DNA of 64,000 nt from Felis catus. Its lineage: Eukaryota. Each line of letters starts with the position of its first letter. Positions within the stretch are counted from its first letter, which is position 1. Where the stretch lies: contig NC_058368.1 in NCBI RefSeq assembly GCF_018350175.1, forward strand, positions 43,836,001 through 43,900,000. Direction: 5' to 3'. Positions 53,533 through 64,000 of the stretch are shown piece after piece. Under the pieces are notes generated by a model, which searched no databases, was not told the DNA's origin, and was given only the letters and a program-made list of their open reading frames with translations. The position numbers and the translations under genes were made by a program.

Positions 53533-53756
53533 TATTTATTTTTTTTAAATTTTTTTAACGTTTATTTATTTTTGAGACAGAGACAGAACATGAACGGGGG
53601 AAGGTCAGAGAGAGAGGGAGACACAGAATCTGAAACAGGCTCCAGGCTCTGAGTGGTCAGCACAGAGCCCGACACGGGGCTTGAACTCACGGACCGCAGG
53701 AGCATGACCTGAGCCTAAGTCGGACGCTCAACTGACTGAGCCACCCAGGCGTCCCA
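53533..53756 (-). mobile_element. Can-SINE
   Basis: TSD tgatacttaattttat. Confidence 0.93.
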
Positions 53757-54881
53757 TGATACTTAATTTTATATTAATGCAAAGAAGAATGTTGTGGGAT
53801 AATTATGTGATATTTTCTTTATCTCTTTTTTATCTTCTTTTTTTTCCTCCCACTCTTCCTTCTGAACAAAGTTATTATAGATGTGAGACATGAAACTGCA
53901 GTTTTTTTCTGGTTAGTGTTGTCAGAAAACAAATATGGTGCATATCTTAGCTTTGAAAGTCACCATCCAAGTTTAAAACAGAAATGATTAAACATACCTA
54001 TAAAAAGGCACAATACAATATTGTGTTTCACATGGTTACAAAATATTATCTTCAAAGATTGGAGACATAAATTGGTTTTCAGAAACTATAACATAGTAAG
54101 ATGTGAACATGTGGGCACTAGTTCTTGTTAATATTTGGCTTGAGTATGAGACTCAGAGGCCACTAAAGAGCCCTCCTACAAACTATTACTTTGGGGAAAG
54201 AGAATTTGCACCTTGATTCTAGGTGAGTGAGGCTCAGGTAATCAGCAAAATTTAGCAAATTCTCCCTGGTTATCGTGGTGTAGCAACTTAGTCCCATTGG
54301 TATAAGTGTATTGATGTAAGGTGAGTTGTGAGAAAACTCTTACTCTCAAATAATGCTTAAGTTCTACCAAACTCCAGAGTGGCATAGTAGTACATCCAGA
54401 ATTTTCTGTGGCCCCAATTGTAGTTAAATATATTATAAAGGAAAATTATAGAGGATGTGTTATTAAATATGCTGGAGGTCCTAAAGATGGGAATACAGTG
54501 TGTGCTAAGGATAAAGGAAGAAATTGCTGTTTTCAGAGGATCCACAACACTACAAAGCTAGGAGAGTGCTGAGCTCCTGCTTGTGGATGGTCCAATTGCC
54601 ATTTTATTTAGGATCATACTTACCTTTGCTGAAGAGCAGACAGGATGGATTCCACCTGAGGTTAGGAGATAGAATAGCACTGGAACTAAATAGGACAGAA
54701 ACTGGACTTTCCCAATCAGTCACCATTACAATGGAATCTGCATAATACATCATTGTCTTTGGAGAAAGAGAAATGAATCCTTTGTCTCAATCACTTCTGA
54801 GACATTCCTGACATAGACTATATGTTGTATTAGGTCACAAAATCTAGAATAATTTTTACAGATTAGAAATTAAATAGACCT

Positions 54882-55103
54882 GGGGCGCCTGGGTGGCGCA
54901 GTCGGTTAAGCGTCCGACTTCAGCCAGGTCACGATCTCGCGGTCTGTGAGTTCGAGCCCCGCGTCGGGCTCTGGGCTGATGGCTCAGAGCCTGGAGCCTG
55001 TTTCCGATTCTGTGTCTCCCTCTCTCTCTGCCCCTCCCCCGTTCATGCTCTGTCTCTCTCTGTCCCAAAAATAAATAAACGTTGAAAAAAAATTAAAAAA
55101 AAA
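54882..55103 (+). mobile_element. Young felid Can-SINE
   Basis: CpG-rich, consensus-like body; perfect 17-bp TSD agaaattaaatagacct. Confidence 0.96.
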
Positions 55104-55258
55104 AGAAATTAAATAGACCTAATAAATTTGCAAACCATTAAGTAGTTAAAGCAGCACTTACTGCAAAACACAAGAAATGCAATATCTAAGAGGTTATAAA
55201 AATAATTTTATAAGTAGAGATATATACACATATAGTTTATTATATGCACATATGTAAG

Positions 55259-55296
<38 letters not shown>

Positions 55297-56547
55297 TACA
55301 CCTACATATATGTATATCTATATATGTCTATTTATCTATCATAATAGTCATGGTATCCAAAATTAATCTTCACATAATATGTAGTCATAGTTGTTATTAC
55401 AGATTATTTGGAAATAATTATAGGACTATGTACTGAATTTCACAATTTAAAAAATTTACTCACTAGAAAATGAGAACTAAATTGTTTCTTTAATAATAAC
55501 AAATAATAATGTTGATGGTACAATTAATCATTTAACAGAAAATTGAGAAACAGAATAGCAAAATAATAATAGGAAAAGAAAATATTTTAGATAATATTGA
55601 TTACCTACCAAACATCTAGTATTTATCATGATAGCACATGCTTCGGCTATTTTTCACTTCCTCAAGAAACTCTGTGCTTCAAAATAATTGACTTCACAAC
55701 CAGTTTCAGGGGTGGAATTAATATTAAGTATTTCCAATTCTTTTGCCACTTATTGGTTGCAGAATGGACATGTGCCAGTTCTGGCCAATAAAATGCTAAG
55801 AAAAGCTATAAGAAAGCATACATTTTTTTTGTCATAATGCCACTGATTCTGCTTTTAATGGTTAGAATTGCCCTTGTCATTTTGCAATTGTGTGGGGAAA
55901 GAAAGGACCACTAATAATGTTGGGATAGAAACAACTTGTCTCTTGATGAAATCTTTGAGTCAGTGAATCAATCAACTTGAACTTCACTAATTATCTAGAA
56001 TTCTTAAGAGATATAGTATATTTTCCTTAGAGTTTAAAAAAATTTGAAACATAGTTTATTTTATTTTCAGGAAAAAACATTCTAATTATCCTCAGAGAAC
56101 TTAATACATCAAAAGTAAAATTAATTAGAGAACAGAAAAGTGATGAATGCGCACAACAGCCAGAAATGTGTAATAAACAATATAAATAAACAACTAATTA
56201 GAATAACATGGAACAGAGAAATATATTATTTAAATGCCCAAAATGTAAATGAAAGGATACACTAAGAATAAAATAAAATTTAAAGTTATTAATAAATAGA
56301 TAAATAGAATAAATTATTAAACCCATAAAAGACATCATGCCTTATGTTAATGAACTGCCCATCACAAAGGAAAATAATACATATTTTTCATATATTTGCC
56401 TTAAAATTATCAAGTAATAGAAAATACTGCTGTTATTTGAATTGTAGCACGACATAAAAATTACGTATAGTTTTCTGATACTTTATTCAGAGTACCATAG
56501 TGAGCTTACTATTGCATGAACCTTAAAAAGTAATATCTGAGTTTTGT

Positions 56548-57119
56548 AAGTGTCTTACAAAAGGGGACAAAAAGGAATCCAAGAAGAAAGGAATTCATTA
56601 TTTCCTAAGATTGGTATGGTATGAAAGCATCAGCTATGTTCAATTTAAGAAATGTTGGAAAATCACTAGTCCCAAGTACTCAAAAAAACAAAATTGGATC
56701 TGATTGCCCAAGGATTGTTTTTTTGTTTTTGTTTTTGTTTTTGAAATGAGACATACTGATTTTAAAAATGATGAGATTTTATTTTATTTAGAAGATTCAA
56801 ACCAATTACTGAGGATTTTTAGGCAAAAATAAAATTAAAATAAAATAAAATAAAATAAAATAAAATAAAATAAAATAAAAATCCAACCAATTTCCACAAT
56901 GTAGATCTTACCTATGACAAAATGTGCTCCACGGTCAAAAACTGGCAGACCATGCTTGAAGCTCATGTTGATGTCTCACTACCTATGATATTTGCTTGAC
57001 CTGCTCTGTGTAGGTTTTACTAAAAAATGCAAGCATATTCAGAAGACTTCTTAGGCTTAGGACCACAGTTCTGCCAAATCTAAAGGTGATGGAAATCATG
57101 GCCTGAATGGTGCAGGCAG
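56548..57119 (+). pseudogene. RPS3A: Processed pseudogene of 40S ribosomal protein S3a, 3'-truncated
   Basis: [72 protein letters not shown] and MEIM match RPS3A contiguously without introns; frameshifts and stops present. Confidence 0.92.
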
Positions 57120-58812
57120 CATAGAAATTATGAATCAAGCTTCCATACACATCCACATGCAGGTTTTGTGTGGACAGAAGTTTTCAACTCCTTGGGTGAT
57201 AGCAAAGAGTGTGAGCTGGATCATATTGTAAGGGTATGTTTAATTCTATAAGAAAATGTCCAATAGTCTTGCAAAATAGCTGTAGCATTCTGTATTCCCA
57301 CCAGCATTGAATAAGAGTTTTACTGTTTTACATCTTCACCTGCATTTTGTGTTGTCAGCATTCTGAATATTTGCTATTCTAATAGATGTGTAGTGTATCT
57401 CATTGTCTTAATTTGCATTCCCTAAGGATGTAATACTAGAGCATCTTCATGTGCTTATTTATCATCTGTTTTGTTTTGTTTTGTTTTGTTTTGTTTTCAT
57501 GAAGTGTCTGTTAAGGTCTTTTTTTCCATTTTTTAAGTGAGTTGTTTGTTTTCCTATTATTGACTTTTAAGAGTTTTGTGTATATTTTGGATAATAGTCC
57601 TTTATCAGATGTGTCTTTTGCAATCACTTTTCTCCCATTTTGTGGCTTGCTTTTCATTCTGTCAACAGTGTTTTTTGCAGAGCTGATTTTTTTTTTTTTA
57701 ATTAAGTCCAATGTATCATTTATTTCTTTCATGGACCAATCCTTTGTTGTTGTATTACCATACCCAAAGTCATCTAAGTTTTATTCTATGCTACTTCTAG
57801 GATTTTTACAGTTTTACATTTTACATTTAGGTCTATTTTCCATTATTATTTAACGTTAAGGGTGTAAGGTCTGTGTCTAGATTTATTTATTTATTTTTTA
57901 CATGTAAAAGTCTACTTGTTCCAGCCTTATATGTTGAAAAGATTGCCTTTTCTCCATTATATAGCCTTGCTCCTTTATCATGTATCAGTGACTTTATTTA
58001 TGTGGTGCTATTTCTGAATTTCATATTCTTTCCATTAATCTACTTATCTATTCTTTCACCACTATTTCCCCACACATGCCACACTTTATATATAGTCTTG
58101 AAGTTGGGTAATGTCTATCCTCCAACTTCGTTCTTTTTCAGTTGCTGTTGCCTATTCTGAGTCTTTTACCTCTCCACATAACCTTTAGAATCAGCTTATT
58201 CCAATCCGCAAAACAACTTACTGATATTTTGATGAGATTTATTGAATCTATGTATCAAGTTGGAAAGATGATATCTTGACAATAGTGAGCCTTGTCATCC
58301 ATGAACATGGGCTATATCTCCATCTATTTAGTTCCTCTTTGATTTTCATTCACCAGAGTTTTGTAATTCTCTTCCACGTATACCTTGTACATACTTTGTT
58401 AGATTTATACCTAGTTATTTCATTTTTTGAGCGCTAATGTTAGTGGTATTTTCCAAAAACCCCCTCAAATTCCATTTGTTCATTCCTAGTATATAGGAAA
58501 GTTGGTTGACTTTTGTATATTTTGTGTTTTAACCCTATATCTTGCAACTTTGTTATTTAGCAAAGTAATAAGCAATTTAGTTAAAAGAGATTTTTGTTGT
58601 TGATTCTTTTGGATGTTCTACTGGGAAATCATGCCATCTGTAAACAAAGACAGTTTTATTTCTTCCACCTCTATTATCATACTTTTTATTGTCTTTTTGT
58701 ATCTTATTGCATTATCTTGTACTTCTAGTACAATGTTGAAAAGTTATAGTGACAAGGTACATTCTTACTTTGTTCCAGATCTTTGTGGAAAAACTTCTAC
58801 TTTCACACACAT
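57120..58812 (-). mobile_element. Old L1 ORF2 fragment
   Basis: Reverse-strand ORF2 text (ORF 57511-57732 resembles KTIAKDTSDKGLLSKIY-type region). Confidence 0.88.
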
Positions 58813-60916
58813 TAAGTTTTTAGTCTAGAAATCTGTAATCACTCTTCTGGTTAAACTATAAATCATTGTTTTCCTCTTTCTGAACTTCAAACCACATAAT
58901 TTGTCTCAAAGAGTAAAATAATCCACACTTTATGTTGAAATATTTTTATATTGACTATTTAAATCAGATTAACATTAAAACTTTTATTGATTTTTACTTT
59001 AGATATGCACTAATATTAAGAAAGTGGAAGTAAATTAAGACACAATTCAATCTGCATAATAATCACTTAATAGAATTGTCCAGGCCCTATAAGGATATCA
59101 AACTGAAAGATACATATTCAGAAATTAATATACTCTTTAAAGATCTCTTTTCATTAAAAAATATTGTCTGTGAGCTAGCATCTCAAATGTTACTTTGACA
59201 TGTCACTCTTTATATCAAAAAAATTCTTTGGTACTCAAACATGCTTTTTATGTTTTCTTAATATATTTAGGATAGATTTGGTATTAGAAAGACTTAACAC
59301 ATGTATATTAAGTACTTTAATCCTCTCCATGATGATACCCAAAAGAAAGAGAGTTTAAAAATTCCTACAGATCATTAACAGACATACATACATTGTGGTA
59401 CATACAAAATTATTGCTCTTTAAAATATAAGATGTCTTTTAGAAGTTGATATTTTAACAAAAAAGGAAAAGGGGTGTTAAAGACCAAAGAACCTGAGGCT
59501 GTTACTCTATATCTCAGGACACATTTTTTAAAGAGTGATTCAGTAATATCCACTATCAAGTAAGAAATGAGTTTCAGTTGCAAGTAATCTCCTAAGGAAA
59601 GAAAAACACAAAATGAAACTGTGTATCGGGCTGATTACAATGGCTGGAGTGGCATAACTTCAAGTGCTAAGAAATCAACTTATGTGAAATTAAGTAAACA
59701 AAAGTTCAAAGGTTTAGGTTCAAATCCCTATATCTGAGCCTAATGAAGCTGGATAAAATTTCACAGGAGCAGTTTTGGTTTTGTTTTTTTTTTTAATAGA
59801 CTGTTTTTCTGAATTTCATTGTTGTATAAGAGAAATTCAACGTGTTTTGCTAGTTTACATCAATGTATGTAAATTAGTATTTCTAGCAGCATTCCATTTA
59901 GGCTTTTAAAAGGTATAAATAAGTCAATTTTATGAATCTGAGAACATTATTTTTTAAAAGTAACAACAAAGTATATTAATAAAGATTTAGAAATATGTTG
60001 TTACTAAATTGTAAATTTTTGAAGAGATATTTATTGCCTGGAATTATGTATTTCATAATAAGTAATGAACAATTTCCTAGAAAGGAATTAATATAAAGAC
60101 TGATGTGAACCTTAATATAGATTTGGCCTAGGTTTGAGACTAAAGTCCTTTGAACTTGGGGAATATATTTTTTCCTGCTTTTATTATTTTTTCCTTATTT
60201 TTAATAAATAGAGTCTAGCAGATATCATAGTGCATATGAGACATTGAATATATATTTGTTACACAAATTATTGAATCAACAAATGTATTGTTAGTATTCA
60301 GTTTATAACAGTGAAGGTTCAGAAATGCCAATAGCAGTTCATGATAGAATTTTCACTATTTAGGAAAGGAAGATATTCAATTGAGTTTATAAATATAAAG
60401 GAATTAAGTTTGTTTCATGAGATTATATTATATCCATTATTTATTGTTAAGATACATTTTCTCTTATGGGATACTGTTTAATGAAACATTTTTTTCTGCC
60501 TTTTGTTTTATATCACTATACTGTAGTATTTCCACTTATTTCCTTTACTAAGACTGTCCCCACATTTTGGCTTTATTGTTTTGCACATTTTTTAGTATCA
60601 TGCATTAGATTAAAAACGAAAACCTAAAATTAAGGCTATGCATTCTCTCGGAGTGCATCTGGTGACATTCTGCAATAATTCTTTTATGCAGCATGACACA
60701 TAGTTCTACCCATGATAATAAGAGTTATGTAGTATTTTTTCCAGTGGTTTGGTTATTTCAAAATCACTAATAAGTTGTTATGAATTCTTTTGCGTTAAAA
60801 TCAGGAACTGTGTATTGTGAAATATTCATCGAATATATGAGATTTCCATTGTAGAAGTATACAGAATGTTTACATGTTTATATACATGGAAAAAATAGAG
60901 AGAGATAAATGATATA

Positions 60917-60917
60917 T

Positions 60918-60960
<43 letters not shown>

Positions 60961-60978
60961 GATAGATAGATAGATAGA
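60917..60978 (+). repeat. (GATA)n tetranucleotide microsatellite
   Basis: Seen directly. Confidence 0.95.
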
Positions 60979-62803
60979 TCTTGTATTTTACAATGTGCAA
61001 CATAAAATAAAAATTTGAAAACCTTGATTTTATAGTCCTGAACTTCAGATGCTTTTTTATTTTACCAACAAGTATGATATTATAAAGCAATCAGATAATA
61101 TACTATTGTCTAGAGTATATGGAAAGTATGTCTAGCTGCATACGTAAACTACAGTGATGTGTTCCAATAATATTTTGTGAAGACTTGTAGTACAGTCACA
61201 TATTCACTATAATCTCAGGGAATATGCTGACATTAAATTGTAGTGCTTTTTTTGGTCAGAATATCCACTATCCAGGTATTATGTGATATTAAGTTTGTGT
61301 TTTCAAGGTCACAAGAACATGAGCTTTAAATACACGCAAGAACATGAGCAACGTAGTAAAAAACATTTTTTTTGCTATTTAATTGACTTAATGTTGAAGG
61401 ACATCCAAGTGATAACTATTAAATATTTTTCCAATTATTAAAAGCCATTCTTTAACACCTTTTCTCTTTCCAGAGAACCTTAGTAATCAACAATGTGCCT
61501 TGAGTATAAAATCAACAAAGAACCAATGCACTGAGTAATATTTATGTACATTCACAATACATAATTCTGTTAACATTTATTTCAAGAGTATTTTAGGTAA
61601 TACTGATGTTTTCCCTATTGAATCATTTTACTAATGTTCATCAAAATAAAGACACTGTGTATTGTAGCGAATAAGAACAGTAGTTGAATAAATATAGGAA
61701 GACAAATTTATTTCATGTCATTTATCAGAAAGGTCCCAATATTTACGTTCAACTGTGTTAAAAGACAGTTGATGGGTCAAGAATGAGGGGAACTGAGGCT
61801 TGACAGTAGTTCAACAGAGTTTAACAGTAATGATGTCAGTGATGACCTATTCCTTAACGAACCATGTTGTACAGCCTAAATTTATACAGCTTTTATTTGT
61901 CTATCATTCCTCAAGAAAACTAGCAAAAAATTGAAAAGGAAACAACATTTATTGAATAATAGTGAGAAGTGCAAGTAGAGTGAATAAAACAAAGTTGCAG
62001 GAGGCAAACTGGAGAATTGTCAATGTTAATTCTTGGAGTTGCATAAAGGAGATGCAATTTTTATGTACACGTGATGGTAAAGATTTTTTCAGAAATATAG
62101 ATAATTTGGAGAAGTAAAGTATCAAGAGACAAGTCAGTGTGGTCTCATGGCCTCAGATGCAGATAGATAGATGTAATGAATGGGGCTTGCAAATGTTGCC
62201 TCCTGAATGTTTCATTTCTGTGTAAAATAGGTGGCAAGGTCATCAGTGGAAAAAAACCCAGTAGAGATGTAAGGGAAGAAGATAATTCCCCAAAAATATC
62301 TAAGTGGGATAATACAGAGAAGTAAGATAGTAAAGGGGCTAGGGAGATTCTAGTAAAACATTAGGACACAACTTGTTAGTTATTGTGAATTTACAATTTG
62401 TTCATTACAATGGCTTTGCATTTTACTCCAGCCACATTAACATATAGGGTTAAGCATGGAATAGTCTAGGACTGGATTTTGGTTTACTCAAAATAGTAAA
62501 ATGAAATTAAAGGGACTTGGGACTTAAATTCATATAAAAGTTTCAGATAGGGTTATATATTTTAGTGGTTGATATATCAGAATAAGTGAGTTTTAACCAT
62601 AAGATGCAGTAGAGTTTGGAGTGGCTAGAATGAAAATTGTGAGAGATTGCTGACACCTAAGGTGTAAACACAGGAATGGATACCTGAGATTGTATAAAAG
62701 ATAAGAACACTGGGGAAAAAAAGTTCAAGGAACTGAGATGTCAAGTATTGGTAGCATTTATATAGTAATAATATTATTACTACACAGAATTATAAGAGGA
62801 ATA

Positions 62804-63010
62804 GGGACACCTGGATGACTCAATTGGTGAAGCATCCGACTCCTCATATCAGCTCAGGTCATGAACTTATGATTCATGGGCTCAAGCCCCGCATTGGGCT
62901 CTGTGCTGACCATGTGGAGTCTGCTTGAGATTCCCTCTCTCCTTCTCTCTGCCCTTCACCTGCTGTGCGCTGTCTCTCTAAATAAATAAATAAATAAAAC
63001 CTAAAAATAA
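62804..63010 (+). mobile_element. Can-SINE
   Basis: TSD agaattataaNNggaata. Confidence 0.92.
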
Positions 63011-64000
63011 AGAATTATAATGGGAATAGTGTTGAAGAGAATGGGAGTAGATTCAAGTTCAAATATTTTATTGTAATATTTATTTATATAAAGGGATAAA
63101 ATAATATTTTTCCATATTACTTTTTTGGCATTGGTATTAGTATACTCCATTCTTGAAATACTGTGGTAAGTGTAATGTACTATGACTATACTTCTGTGCA
63201 GTATTTACTATTGGACTGTAGTTCTCTTGTGGTAATGCAGTGAGATAAACGAAAGGAACAATGGTGAATTCTCCCTTCTTTTTGGACCAATAGCATCCCC
63301 TTCCTCTATCCTAAGACTTCTCTTGAGGTTTCTGGTGACTTCTCAGTCACTGACATCCCAGAAGTATAGATCCTTGACTGGAGCTGTCATATAAAGGCTA
63401 AACAAGTAAACACCAATTAATCCACTAAAAGAAACTCCTCCCTCATTCCTGCTGATAAGAGTCAAATTTTCCATTGCTCTAAAGAGAGATAGTTTCCCCT
63501 AGATATTTTGCTATACATGCTTCTGACCAATTCCAAGACTCGGGCCCAACATTGGGTCAAAGCTGGAGAAAACAGCAACAAAAACAAAAATCTTCACTGC
63601 TATATAGGACTCTCTTCAAGTTTTGACTTCATTTTCAATCTGCCTGAATTGATTTTTCACAGTCCTCATATAGATGATTTTTGGAGTCTGTCCAGTGCTT
63701 TCAATTGTATCTGTGGGGAAATGAGACACTGGGAGGTTCACTTCATCTTTATCAGCACTAGAATTCTGATATTTCATTATTTAATTAATAAAAATAAACT
63801 TGTATTATTCAAAGGAAAAAGAAATCACAACCAATATTGGAAGGCCAATCTAGGTTTCTAGGAAACAAGTTTGATGATAAATGAAAAGTTATCCTATCAA
63901 AGGTCAAAAAACTGGACTGTGTTTAGAGTATAATTTCACATTAGATTTTGAATATATATTATAATCTCAGTAAATTATCAAAGAAACAATAGCATAATAA

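Noticed and set aside
59283..59334. attagaaagac...tcctctccatgat as the displaced 3' part of the RPS3A retrocopy
   Set aside because: The match is too short and the flanks do not align
1..64000. Host exons, tRNA genes or CRISPR-like arrays
   Set aside because: No supportable spliced ORF was found; tRNA-like heads are Can-SINEs; the repeats are microsatellites or transposons

Overview
AT-rich mammalian (felid-type carnivore) non-coding DNA. It is dominated by Can-SINEs, L1 elements, LTR fragments and microsatellites, and no intact host exon was recognised. The main find is a decayed ~3.4-kb endogenous bornavirus-like element at ~60-3450 (+ strand). Collinear remnants of N, P, G, M and probably the 5' part of L lie in the order N-(X/P)-G-M-L, which is the carbovirus/cultervirus order rather than the orthobornavirus order. 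An identical TTAAAAAGAA motif sits at the N/P and P/G junctions. Also present: an RPS3A processed pseudogene; two near-full-length minus-strand L1s, one with a ~2-kb deletion patched by a copy of nearby flanking DNA; a twin-primed L1; and a solo LTR. All protein comparisons were made by eye against Borna disease virus 1 (BoDV-1) and RPS3A sequences recalled from memory, so they need confirmation by tBLASTn/HMM. Repeat subfamily names and many boundaries are approximate.
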